Position numbers and translations under genes: made by a program. The notes under the pieces were generated by a model. It was not told the origin of the DNA. It did no database searches and was given only the letters and a program-made list of their open reading frames with translations. A DNA stretch of 64,000 nt from Eledone cirrhosa (Eukaryota): NCBI GenBank assembly GCA_964016885.1, contig OZ024743.1, positions 371,628,001-371,692,000 of the forward strand, in the 5' to 3' direction. This document shows, piece after piece, positions 12,501 through 25,226 of the stretch (position 1 is its first letter; each line of letters starts with the position of its first letter).

Positions 12501-14254
12501 TTAGTCTGTTAGATGAAGATGGAGAAAAAGAAAAAGCTTTGGAAGAGGCCTCATCCATTATGCTTGGTCCTCAACAGCGAGAGATCTTCTGCACCATTTT
12601 ATTGTACAGCATGCTAAAGGACCCTCTGCAGTTCTGGGAGAAATGGAAGAATTGTCTTGCAGAGGATATCATGCATGAACGTCATGAGCAAATATCCATG
12701 CAAACCGTGCAGATTGTTCTACAGAAGATCCAACAAAGATTTCAACATGATGGCTTGGACATTCATGCCAACTATGGACTTCCTCGGCCAGACCCAACTA
12801 TTGTTGCCATACCAGAAATCAATAGGGTTCTTATGGCAGAAACTGATTTCAATACACTCCAACTGCAAGTAAACATAAATGAACTTCTGCCAACATTGAA
12901 TCCTGGGTAATTGGTTATTTTTCACAAAGTAATCACCTCTGTAAATGAAAATGAAGGTAGAAGTTTCTGCTTGAATGCAAGTGCAGGTACAGGAAAGACC
13001 TATGTCATCAATATCCTATTGGATTACCTCCGATCTAAAAATAAAATTACACTTGCCACTGCCATATCTGGAATTGCAGCCACTTTGCTTCACAAAGGTA
13101 GAACTCTTCATTCCAAGTGCAAGATTCCTCTCAATGTGACTGCTGAATCAACTTGCTTCTTCACAAAGAGGGATGCCACAGGTAAACTTATGCAGCAAGC
13201 TGACCTGCTAATCATTGATGAGATAGGTATGGGACATAAGCCTATCTTTGAATGCCTTGACAGGAGCTTCAAAGATGTTTGAGATTGCAAAAAGCCATTC
13301 AGTGGTCTAACAGTATTACTATCTGGTGACTGGAAGCAAATTCTTCCAGTTGTACGTCATGGTGTTAGACCACAAATAGTTGAGGCAACCATCAAGAGAT
13401 CCTATGTCTGGGACTATGTGGAAACCATGGAGATGACAACCAATCAACGGTTAATTAATGCAGAGGATTCTGATGAAAGACAGTTTGCAAACTACCTTCT
13501 TGATGTGGGAAATGGTAACATTCTAACTGTTCCATTCACAATTCTTCTGCCAAATGAACTTTGTCTGGAATATGGTAATGTGTCTAGCTTGTGTGATTTT
13601 GTGTATACAAATCTTCCAGGAAACTACACCAACCCACTATGGCTTGCTAATAGAGCCATTATCACTCCAACAAATGATGCAGCAAGATTGGTGAATGAGT
13701 TCATGGTCAACAAGTTCCCTGGTCATGAAATAATCTATAGAAGCTCTGATACAGTAGATAATGAACTGAAATATCCAATTGAGTTCATCAACAAACTTAC
13801 CCTATCAGGCTTCCAAACACACATACTTAAACTGAAGAAAGGCAGTTGCATCATGCTTCTGAGAAATCTGGATCCTTTAAACGGGAATTGCAATGGTACA
13901 TGCTATATCATCATCAGTTTACATAATCATGTAATTGAAGTTGAAGTGACATTGGGTCCCAATGCTGGAACAAGGTTGCTAATGCCAAGGATACCACATG
14001 TATCTTAAGAGCTTGAGTTCCCTTTCACCTTTACTCACAAGCAATTTCCTGTCAAACCAGCCTTTGCCCTTACATGCAACAAGGCACAAGGGCAGACATT
14101 TGAAAAGATAGGTGTATATCTACCAACACAATTCTTCTCACGTGGTCAGATGTATGTTGCATTATCACGAGTTACAAAAAAAGAAAATTTAAAAATATTA
14201 AATGAAAGGGGTCTGTTTGCTGACAATTGTGTCTACAAAGAAACTCTACAGTGA
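9529..14254 (+). pseudogene. Helitron Rep-helicase (HUH Y2 Rep plus PIF1-like SF1 helicase), disrupted
   Basis: CCFQGKVKL, IRAYNN, NPNWNEI, EWQKRGLTHAHILL (HUH), YLYKYITKG (Y2), RYISASEAFWRI, AGTGKT, LIIDEIGM, GDWKQILPV, KAQGQT and GQMYVALSRV; multiple frameshifts. Confidence 0.92.
11424..11860 (-). mobile_element. SINE with a family-A-type tRNA/CORE head and an RTE-derived 3' tail, inserted in Helitron Rep
   Basis: It splits the Helitron motif DNHWI|PYNP. The head matches SINE A; the 3' part matches the RTE 3' UTR at about 5610-5866; the tail is (gat)n. Confidence 0.85.
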
Positions 14255-15022
14255 TGTGAAACAGCTATCACTCTCTTTTAGTTGAAATGCATTTCAGTTT
14301 CTTTTTAATTGCTAGAAAAAGGACACTACAAAAACTTACGAAGTCTATATGTGAATACACTAAAACAACAATATAGCAAAGGTCAACTCTTCATATTTGT
14401 AAATGTAATTCATTCATTCCCACCAGCAGCATCTATTTTCAAATTTACTGCTTGAAGCTTCCCATCGACATTCTCAAGTGAAGATTCATGAACATTTTCC
14501 ATCAAAAGTTTCATTGCTTTTCTATCTTCATTATCGTCTTCTTTTTTTAAATGTATCATGGATTACTTTACTGATTACAGAAGTAAGTGTAACACAGTCT
14601 TTGTTCAGTTTATGTCAATTTACTTTTCAGTTTACATATCATATCTATATGCATATATATTTGCATATATCAATATGCACACTATATATGCTAGCAGAAA
14701 ACTGCCCGAAGGATGGTTCTTCTGCTAGTATATATAAGGTAAATTACATAAGTATAAGGTATTCAGATATTTAAAGCTCAGATGTGTTTTTTTTTTTATA
14801 TATCGAGATTAGCAAAAGGTGGTGCAGAGTAAATCCAGTTAGTATACTTCCAGTTATCATAGATTTGTAAATCACAGGGCATATATATAATGGAAAAATA
14901 GATCACCAATGTTTAACAATTAGTCATCATCGTTTAACGACCATTTTCCACGCTAGCATTTGATTTACATATGTTTCATTCTCCAAAGGATGTTATTTTC
15001 AATACCTTTGTAGAGAAATCAT

Positions 15023-15522
15023 CACGTATGGGAGTTGCGTCCCTTTACGACGGTCGTAACTCAGCACGTATAGGAGTTACGTCCCTTTGCGACAGCCGCG
15101 ACTCCCATTGGCAGATTCAGGTACTAAATGGAGTTGCGTCCCCCTGGGGACTATAAATCTGACGGCTGGCTAGCCATCAGCCTCTCTAGCATCCTGAACT
15201 CTGAAGTGACAACAACACCTGAGACCTTGTCAAGAGATGACTCCTGGCTCATTTCCTTCGCTAGCAAGAAGAAGAATTCCTGCCTCATTTCCTTCGCCAA
15301 GAAGAAGAATACCACTGGCAGCCTAAAGAAATGCTAACACCTCCAAGAGAAGATTTCTGTTCTTCTCTACACACTCCAGGTTAGGAGTTGTGACCAACGG
15401 GTAACAAATTATTTATATTAATTCATTTGACTTCTGTGAAGTAAAACCTTGTCACAACACACACCGGCATTTATTGTCATTTCTGATAATACATATATGT
15501 ACACCGATACTAATCTCCTAAA
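15023..15522 (+). repeat. 5' LTR of Gypsy A (first ~34 bp missing)
   Basis: Direct repeat of 20115-20611; ends ctcctaaa just before the PBS. Confidence 0.9.
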
Positions 15523-16016
15523 GTGGTGACCTGACGTTTTTTTGTTTTTTTTTAAATGGGAAATAGTATTAGGTGTATATAAAAAAAAAGAAAGAAAAGA
15601 AAAAACAAAACATTTAATACAAAACGAACACCTAAAGTTATTGACACACAAACAAACAGCAATTGTATGAATGTTTTTGCCTTTTTTTTCTCCTTTTCTG
15701 CTATTCTTCTCTTCTCTGGCTAAAAATTTTGAGAATGATAAGATGGCGGCTTTCTTCTCCATCATTAGTGTTTTTGGCGCGAAATAGTCCACCATGTTGG
15801 ATTAAGTTTTAAGTTCCCTACCTATACCTTATTAATAACATCACTCGGTTAGTCGCTCCTTTGCATATTGTCCCGGATGCATTATTTTTCCTGTCCAGTT
15901 GTTTGACAGAAAAATAAACGATTTTGTTTTCCTTTTCTGTTGTGTTGGAGACATTTTTCCAAACGGAGACGACTTTTTGTTTTTTTTTGTTTTGGTAAAT
16001 TACCTACGGTATACCA

Positions 16017-16808
16017 ATGGGTTCTCACTCTGTTCTACCAATGTACACGGGCGACGTAAGGCAATGGTTCGCCCAACTCGAAGCATTTTTCGAGGCGAAC
16101 AGAGTTGACGAGGCACAACAACGTCCTCTCGTCCTTAATGCAATTCCGTCGGCACTTCCCCCAGTGATTAAGGACCTGGTGTTAGAGACACCCACAGACT
16201 CGACGTACACGTCTCTGAAGGCTGAAATACTCAGCCGGGCTGCACTGTCAGCAGAAAGAAGGTTTAGGGCTCTGGAGCATATAGGGGATGGCACCCCATC
16301 GAACCTCCCAAGGCGAATGAAGGACCTAACGGAGGGGTCGGTATCGGAAACTGCCATGCTTAAGCAGTTGTTCTTCTCGCGCCTACATACCAACGAACAG
16401 GCAATTTTGCCCCCTCCCCCCATTAGGGATACTTGCACGGTAGATCAGCTTGCCGCCTCTGCGGACAAAGTTTTCGAAGTGACGGGTGCTGGAGGCAGCG
16501 AACCCCTTGCCTTTGTTCACCACCCAGCTCGGGCCACATCTGGCCATGCCCTCTACGCGGCAGCGCCAATAGACAGCTCAACCATTATGGCGATGCAAAA
16601 GTCCATTCAGGAACTCACCCTAGAGCTCCATAAGATGAAGGCCTTGTGTGGTGCCCGTTCGCGCCCCCGCAGTCGCGGGAGATCGCAAAGTTTTAGACGT
16701 CGTTCAAAGTCACCAGCTTCATCTTTATGCTGGTACCACGAGCGATTTGCTGAGAGCGCGAACCACTGCGTGCAACCCTGCTCGTTTCATAAGGCGGGAA
16801 ACGCCTAA
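16017..16808 (+). CDS. gag: Gag of Gypsy A
   Basis: WFAQLEAFF, GDGTPS and CWYHERFAESANHCVQPC (CHCC); GGGAAAC slippery site at 16796-16802. Confidence 0.9.
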   Translation: MGSHSVLPMYTGDVRQWFAQLEAFFEANRVDEAQQRPLVLNAIPSALPPVIKDLVLETPTDSTYTSLKAEILSRAALSAERRFRALEHIGDGTPSNLPRRMKDLTEGSVSETAMLKQLFFSRLHTNEQAILPPPPIRDTCTVDQLAASADKVFEVTGAGGSEPLAFVHHPARATSGHALYAAAPIDSSTIMAMQKSIQELTLELHKMKALCGARSRPRSRGRSQSFRRRSKSPASSLCWYHERFAESANHCVQPCSFHKAGNA

Positions 16809-19800
16809 GAGGTCCGCTGATGGGTACAGTTGATCTCAACATAAAGCCACCAAACCACCATTTCTTAATTAAGGACCTTATGTCGGGAAGAGGTTTCCTT
16901 GTGGATACAGGAGCCTCTTGTAGTATTTGGCCGGTCCATTGCCTGAAAGCTACCCCCATAGAGTCATCTGTTACGCTGCATGCAGTTAACCACTCGTCTA
17001 TAAAGACTTACGGGCAAATCTCGCTTCCTCTCAAATTCCTAAATCTTCGTAGGGATTTTAAGTGGATTTTTACGGTTGCCGATTTGCCATACCCCATCTT
17101 AGGAGCGGACTTCCTCCACAACTTCTCTTTGACAGTGAACGTCCGTGGCCAACGCCTGGTGGATAACATCACCGGTTTTTCAATTCCTGGCCAGGAAGCC
17201 ACTGCTCCAACAGTCAGCCCCATGTTCTTTATCGCTGCCGCTGGAGACGCCTACCATTCGTTGCTAGGTTCTTTCCCGGAGCTCACCGATAGAAATTTTC
17301 GAGTCACTGAGCCAACACACTCGCCTGAACATTTCGTTTCCACCACTGGTGCTCCAGTGTTTTCGCGTCCACGCCGCTTACCGGCGGACAAATTAAAGGC
17401 AGCACGATCCGAGTTCGACCATATGCTGCAGCTGGGCATTCTTCGCCCATCTACGAGTCCTTGGGCTTCACATGGTGCCCAAGACTTCTGGAGACCCACT
17501 GGGGATTATAGGAGGTTTAAATGCTATGACCGTCTCGGATAGATATCCCATTCCCCATCTCCAGGATTTTGCATCTTCACTGCAGGGGTGTAAGATTTTT
17601 TCAAAGCTAGATTTAGTGCGAGCCTACCACCAAATTCCGGTCAGGAAGGAGGATATTCCGAAAACGGCGATTACAATCCTTTCGGATCCTTCGAATTTTT
17701 GACCATGCCTTTCGGACTGCGGAACGCCGCTAGCACTTTTCAGCGGTTCATAGACGAGGTCACTCGTGGTCTGGACTTCGTTTATGCTTACATAGACGAT
17801 ATTCTCGTCGCTAGTTCCTCTCCGGAAGAGCATATGCGCCACATGCATCTCTTATTTCGGCGACTTCAGGATTACCGCGTTCGTGTGAATCCAGCAAATT
17901 GTGTTTTCGTTTCCACTTCCCTAAATTTTTTAGGCCACCTCATCGACGCCGAAGGTATTAGGCCGCTACCTCAGCGAGTTCAAGCCATACAGGATCTACC
18001 TCCGCCTACTACACTTCACCAGTTGCGTCACTTCTTAGGCCTAATCAATTTCTATAGGCGTTTCGTTCCTCATTGTGCTAATTTGCTATCTTCCCTTACT
18101 GACATTTTGAAAAATCATCGTAAGAAGAATGAGGATATTTCCTTGACACAAGGACAACTTCAAGACTTCCAGACTGCCAAGACAGCACTCGCTAGTTCAT
18201 CTTTGCTAGCCCACCCGGTACCAGAGGCCAAGCTTTCGCTTTGTGTTGATGCATCAGATACCGCTGTGGGAGCAGTTTTACAGCAGTTCTACGCTGAAAA
18301 CCAACAACCGTTGGCATTTTTCTCGAGGAAGCTGAAACCAGCAGAAACGCGTTACAGCACGTTTGGGCGGGAATTATTAGCCATATATCTGTCGGTGAAA
18401 CATTTCTCTCATATTCTTGAGGGGAAAAATTTTACAGTTTTAACCAACCACAAACCTCTGACCTTCGCTTTGAGGGCTAAAGCCGACAGATATTCGCCCA
18501 GAGAGACAAGGCACCTGGACTACGTTTCACAATTTACAAACAATATCCAGCACATTGCTGGCTCGCATAACATAGTTGCAGACGCATTGTCACGTTTGCC
18601 AATCAGCTCCATCTCGTCATCCCAGGAGATCGACTTAGGTTGTTTAGCTGCAGACCAACCTGCACTCCAATCTTTGGATACTCTTTCTGCCGAATTTGCG
18701 ACTTGCATCTTCAAATATCTGCCCTTGTCGACCACCGACAGGCAGATTCTATGTGATGTATCTACGGATTCACCACGACCACTTGTTCCTGAGACTCACC
18801 GTCGAATTGTGTTCCTTGCTTTGCACAACATTTCTCACCCAGGATCTGCTGCCTCAGTAAAGCTCATAACAGCCAGATTCTTCTGGCCAAATATGAGGCG
18901 CGATATTGCTGCTTGGTGCCGTTCCTGCATCGCTTGCCAGAAATCGAAAATCCATAAACACATCCGGACTCCGCTTGGTACTTTCAGTACTCCTGATACT
19001 CGGTTTCAGCATATACACATTGACCTCGTTGGACCTTGGTCATTCAGCAGTGGATATTCGTACCTCTTGACCTGTGTCGATCGTTTTTCGCGATGGCCTG
19101 AAGCCATCCCTTACAAGACATGACTGCTGAGACTGTAGCACGTGCCCTGGTATCAGAGTGGATTACCCGCTTTGGAGTAGCAACTACAGTCACCACAGAC
19201 CGTGGTAGACAATTCGAGTCCCATCTGAGCTCACAAAGACCATTGGAGCTCACGAATTCGGACCACAGCCTATCATCCTGCTTCAAACGGAATGGTGGAA
19301 CGATTCCACCGCCAATTAAAGGCCGCTCTTCGCGCCTATCCAGACTCTTAACGTTGGAGTGAGTACCTTCCTATTGTATTGTTAGGAATTCGGTCATCAA
19401 TAAAGGAGGACCTTGGGTTCTCCCCAGCCGATTTACTTTATGGTGCTCCTCTAGCGTTGCCTGGGCAAATGCTTGCTCCTGTTGATCTTGCTTTCCAAGA
19501 TCCGCTTTCCTACGTATCCCGTCTGCGTTCTTATTCTCAGGATCTGCCGCCGATGGATACGAGGAAACAAACTGTAAAACCTGTAGTCCCAAGGGATATT
19601 GCCTCGTGGACCCATGTGTTCGTAAGAAACGATGCTGTGAGACCACCCCTCACACAACCGTACTCTGGACCATACCGTGTGTTAGCATGTACTGACAAAC
19701 ATTTCACCGTAGACATTAAGGGGTCCAGAGAGACAATTTCGGTGGATAGACTAAAAAGGGCACACAATGACGCTCATACACCCGAGCCACAAATACCCCA

Positions 19801-19924
19801 ATCTTTCTCTCTTGTGCATACACCTGCTCCTTCTGTCCCACCTTCACCTACATACAAGACCACGACCCATTCCGGTCGGAGAGTCCACTGGCCCCCAAAA
19901 CTCTGCCAAACTGTTTTCATGTGA
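16796..19924 (+). pseudogene. pol: Pol of Gypsy A (protease, RT, RNase H, integrase), frameshifted
   Basis: [38 protein letters not shown] and PYSGPY motifs, spread over several ORFs. Confidence 0.92.
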
Positions 19925-20080
19925 ACTGGCAACTGGAGCCTTATTATTTTTTTTTTGTTCTTTTTTTTTTTCCTTTATTGTATTACTATGTACCTGTTTC
20001 ATGCCTGTGCCGGGAGCCCATGCTTGTGGGTTCGCTACAGTTACCTTTGGGCTTTTCGCCTAGCATCTGGAGGAGGGTAC

Positions 20081-20611
20081 TGTAGCGTAGCGCCCCCTTA
20101 CGGCTGTGACTCGGCACGTATGGGAGTTGCGTCCCTTTACGACGGTCGTAACTCAGCACGTATAGGAGTTACGTCCCTTTGCGACAGGCGCGACCCCCAT
20201 TGGCAGATTCAGGTACTAAATGGTGTTGCGTCCCCCTGGGGATTATAAATCTGACGGCTAGCTAGCCATCAGCCTCTCTAGCATCCTGAACTCTGAAGTG
20301 ACAATAACACCTGAGACCTTGTCAAGAGATGACTCCTGTCTCATTTCCTTCGCTAGCAAGAAGAAGAATTCCTGCCTCATTTCCTTCGCCAAGAAGAATA
20401 CCACTGGCAGCCTAAAGAAATACTAACACCTCCAAGAGAAGATTTCTGTTCTTCTCTACACACTCCAGGTTAGGAGTTGTGACCAACGGGTAACAAATTA
20501 TTTATATTAATCCATTTGACTTCTGTGAAGTAAAATCTTGTCACAACACACACCGGCATTTATTGTCATTTCTGATAATGCATATATGTACACCGATACT
20601 AATCTCCTAAA
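20081..20611 (+). repeat. 3' LTR of Gypsy A (TGTAG...CTAAA)
   Basis: Begins right after the PPT; contains internal ~42-bp tandem repeats and a TATA-like tataaa. Confidence 0.92.
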
Positions 20612-22509
20612 ATATATAACATATAAAAGATATTTATTTACCGACCATGTGTGTGCACCATCCAGATTGAAGCATCGAAAATATAAACAAGATTTTTCAT
20701 TAAGGTTATGGAAGGTTAGAAGTGCATGAATTATTTAATGGTACTGATATCAGTAGTTAGTCTGATAGGTATTTTCAGCACTCATGTTCTGACATGAATA
20801 TACTAGATGATTGTAGTCAGTGCGTATGCAGTATTATTTATTCACTGAAGTTACAATCTAATTTAACCTCAGTAAACAGTATTATAAGTCTTTATCAGCA
20901 TCATCGTTTAACGTCCATCTTCCAAGCTAGCATGGGTTAGGCGTGTTTGTCCCATTTGAGGCAAGTTGGGTTGGGTGACCATGTCTCGCTCATATAGGAG
21001 TGTTTCTGGGTGGATGCCCTTCCTAACGCCAAACACATTTACAGTGTGTGCTGGGTGCTTTTTACCGTGTCCCCTACACGACCACTGTACATATGTGGAC
21101 TGGGTGTTTTTTGTAGTGACACCTACAGGACCATTTTACAGTGTGGGCTGGATGTTTTGTGGTACCAACATAACTTTACAGAGTAAGGGTGGTGTGGGCA
21201 GAAGTGGGAGTGAGATGTAGGGGTTGTAGGGGTGTATATTGGATTAAGAGGTGCCTACTAAGTGTAAGTTTAAGTCCGTACCCAAGGGAAGTCGGATCTT
21301 CTGTATTACTGCATAGCGCCAAAGATCTTCATCCTGTGTCATTGCTTTAGAGAGGTGCAAGTGTGCAAGGTCAGTTATCATCTCATCCCAGGTCTTTCTG
21401 GGTCTACCTACTCCGTAGCTTCCATCAATTTTTTTCACCCTGCACTTTTTTTTTTATACAGCTGTCGTCCTTCATATGCATCACATGACCATGCCAATAC
21501 AATATCCTCTCTAGTAAACTGCATCTGATCTCTCTTAAGCTTAATTTCTCACTTAGTTCATTTACGCTTTGCTATTCGTGTATATTACTATTACAGCTCC
21601 ATCAGAGCATGCATGCTTCAGTTCTTTCCAATCTGCGCAGCTCCTCTACACACAATGCCCATGTCTCACTGCCATGTAACATTGCTGTTTGTATACAAGC
21701 ATCATACAATCTGCCTTTCATTTTTAGAGAGAAACATTTTGTGGCCAAAAGCGGTATTAGCTCTCTGAACTTTTTCCATTCCGTTCTCACTCTGGCTACT
21801 CTACTTTCAGAACACCCTCCTCCACTGCTGATTTTGTCACCCAGGTAATGGAAAGTGTCTATTATTTCTATAGAACCATCTGGGCAATAGAAGGGGCTAG
21901 TATCCTGTGGGCACTTGCTACTTACTGCACCTGAGCATCGGCCACATATAAAACCTACATTCTTTGATAGCCTGCCTGCGATCCCACTATACCTTTTATG
22001 TCCCCATAGCTTGCATTTGGGACATAGAATGGAATTTCTACCTACTTCTTTCCTACACACTGAGCATGGCCATTTCCCAGAGGGCACCTGTGCCCTATTT
22101 TCCTTTCTACATACGAGAACTTTAATCTTAGACAAGTTAAATTTAAGACCTTTTGATTCTAGGCCATGCTTCTAGGTTTGGAATTTCTTCTTTAGTTCTG
22201 CCATTAATTCAGCTATGAGAGTTAGATCATCTGCATATAGAAGTTCCCATGGGCAGCCGGTCTTAAACTCTTCTGTTATAGCCTGTAGGACAATAATAAA
22301 CAGGAGGGGGGGGGGGGATAAGGACGGAGCCTTGGTGAACACCTACTTTCATGCTAATTTCTTCACTATATTCATCGTTAATTCTAACCTTGTTGACTGA
22401 TCCTCTATACTCTTAGTTTTCTAAGAGCCCACCAGATAATGGAGTCGGGGACTGTCAAAGGCATTCGCCAAGTCAACAAAAGCTAAGTAGAGGGGTTTAC
22501 TTTTAGCTA

Positions 22510-25226
22510 CCGTATAGGTCGCCCCGGCAGATAGGTCGCATACCCACTTTTCATTTAACAAATAGCCTATTTGCCATTGACTCGCAGATAAGTCGCACTG
22601 AAATTTGGGCCGTCAAACTACTATTTTTTATGATAATTGAAACTAATAACCTGTTAGCTTTCCATTACTTCACCGTTGCAATATATACTGTAGTGCACCT
22701 GAGCACTGTACACAATAATTTCATTATTATTATTATATGAAAATACTCCAAACCATGTTTTATTTATAAAATAAACATTAACGTCATCGAAATTTCCTCA
22801 ATTCGAGATTAATGCGAGATAAAGCCTTTAAGCGCGAAAATTAACTCTTAATATAGTGAAACAACTTGAAATAACGTGTTTTTTAACGTTGAAAGTATAA
22901 CAGATTTTTTGCGTATCAACATGGCTTCCCAAAGTAGCGAATACTGACTTTGAAGGTTTTACATGCGACGACATTCGAAACGAAAAAAAAAACACAAGAT
23001 AATATTAGTGATTTATCTTCAAATGAATCAGACGTATTTATTTCTGACGATGATAGTTACTTTGAAAGTGAAAGCAAAGATCTGACGGACACCATTGAAA
23101 ATATTACAGCAATGTGGTTGAAAGATACAACACCAATACATGTTCACACCTGTTAATAAACTTATATATTGGAAACATTCTGTTACGTAAATTTACACCG
23201 TACATTGTGCAAGAGTACATTGCAAATATTATTTTGACTGGTGAAAAGGTTTTATACATTTTTTTCAATGAAAATATTTGCCTGGAATGTAGAGAAAGAC
23301 TAAAACCTTGTACTGATTATATCTGCATTTTTAATTAATTCACCTGTTCGGAAAACTGTTAGAATTGATGGAAGTCAACATCTAGGTCATGATTGAATTT
23401 TTTTGCAACAAATCTAACAAGTAAGGCAGATAAAGTTAAAATGTTTGTATTTATCCATAAAGTTATTACTTTTACACCTGTTAATTAAATAGTTTTTTCA
23501 TTTCTTCATCTGTAACTGTGCATTCGTTATAATAGTCATTCAATTCATCTTCACATTCTTCAATATCATCTCCCTCATCACTCTCTGCATTTTATGTCTT
23601 TTCACCAACTAAATCCTCATATAACGCATCTTCAGTCCCGTCCATTGCATTTGATATGCTACATTTTTGAAAGTCTTCATTATTAGCTCTTCAGGGATAC
23701 TTTCCCAAACCTCTTTCACCCACTCCACCACTAATCTCAAGCCAGGTCTTTTAAATGATCCAACTTTGGTAATTTCTTTTTCACCCGATATCCTGATATC
23801 ATCCAAGAAGTCCAGAGTTTACGGATATAAGTCTTGAAGGGCTTATTTACTGCCACATCAAGGGGTTGTAAGACTGAGGTGCAACCACTAGGAACCACTG
23901 CTTCTCTTGTTTTACAATCCTTCAGCTTAGCCTTTACAGACTCATAGCAGTGAGATCGAAACATATCCCAAACTAACAAACTTCGTGGCTTCAGTAATGC
24001 CCCTGGCCTTTTCATCCACACTTCATCAAGCCATAACTTTGTTAAGTTCTCGTCCATCCAGCCCTTCGGATGGACCTTCACAATCACATCGCTTGGAAAA
24101 TTCTCTTTCGGCATAATTTTCCTTTTGAAAATAACCATAGGGCAAAGTTTTTTTCCCATCAGCCTGGCATGCTAGAACAACAGTAAAATGTTGTTTTTCA
24201 TGACCTGTGGTTTTGACTGTAACAGTTTTGTTGCCTGGCATGTCAAAGTACATGGGTGTTTCATCCATGTTGGCTATATTCTCCATGGCAAAATCAAACA
24301 TTTTTCTTTCCTTTAACACAAATTTTACAAAATTGTGTACTTTGTCATCAATATCTTTTGTGCAATATGTGTCTTTTGGCAAAGAGTCAGTCCAAACCTA
24401 TTCATAAACCTGGTGCACCACCCTGCTGACGATTTAAATTGGGATAAGTGGTACTTTGGTGCAAGTTGAAGGGCTTTCGTTCTTATAGAAAGTCTTGTAA
24501 CAATGTGTCCATTTTCCCTGATATCTAAAACCCGATCATTTAGCTCTTTTTCAAGATCTTGATATGGTGATACTCCAAACCTTGCTGCTCTTTGATTTAG
24601 GCATTTCTCCCAGCTTGTCTTTTTGTTTCCTCCAACCTCTCACCACCTTTTCTGACACTCCAAACTCCCTTTCTGCTGATCTCTTTCCAAATTCTTCTGC
24701 ATAACCAACTACCTTTAACTCGAAAAGTGTTTGATAACTTTTTCTCTTACCGGAATTCATATTTCTCAGTGAATTATAAAAAAAATTCCAACTATCAACT
24801 TTTCTCACTTGCTAATTTTGAAAAGAAACGCCACGTGCAATAATCTGTTTCCTGTTAAAGTAAATACGTCACAATACGTGTTCATAGCAACGCTAAGACA
24901 ATGAAATCACATTTTAAATACCGGGTATGCCTTTCTATGGATTTTAATGACGGATGGTTCGGTCAGATAGAAAAAAAAACGTAAACACTACGAAGTTTTA
25001 GTAAAAAATTTAAAATCAAGAAATATATGTATAAGAAGGTAGATATATGAAATTATTATGTTAAATAATAAAAAATATTAACAAAGTTATTTTTATAAAT
25101 ACCCATCGTTGATTAAGTCTATGAAACATCATTGGACAGTCTGATGTCGATCGGATAGGTCGCACCCCAAAAATTTATACTTATTTATTGTTAAAAAAAG
25201 TGCGACCTATACGCGAGTATATACGG
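22510..25226 (-). mobile_element. pogo-superfamily DNA transposon (DD35D, Passer-like)
   Basis: TA TSD at 22508-22509 and 25227-25228; imperfect TIRs ccgtata..ataggtcgca with subterminal taggtcgca repeats. Confidence 0.9.
23500..24760 (-). pseudogene. pogo transposase (Brinker-type HTH, CENP-B-like HTH, DDE_1), frameshifted
   Basis: KLKVV-like ELKVVGYAE, NMDETPMYFD, VWDMFRSH and LQPLDV; 35 residues counted between the second and third Asp. Confidence 0.9.

Larger units (their letters stand above)
9529..14728 (+). mobile_element. Helitron (rolling-circle transposon); 5' boundary not resolved
   Basis: RepHel coding remnants, plus a 3' end with a hairpin (ctagcagaa...ttctgctag) that ends in CTAG (14725-14728) followed by T. 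Confidence 0.9.
15023..20611 (+). mobile_element. Gypsy LTR retrotransposon A (CsRn1 clade), near full length, disrupted pol
   Basis: Two near-identical LTRs, tRNA-Trp-type PBS tggtgacctgacg, CHCC gag motif, PR-RT-RH-IN order, and PPT ggaggagggtac. Confidence 0.95.

Noticed and set aside
15009-15022. TGTAG as the true start of the Gypsy A 5' LTR
   Set aside because: The following bases do not match the 3' LTR and there is no TSD with 20612 onward; treated as a truncated LTR.
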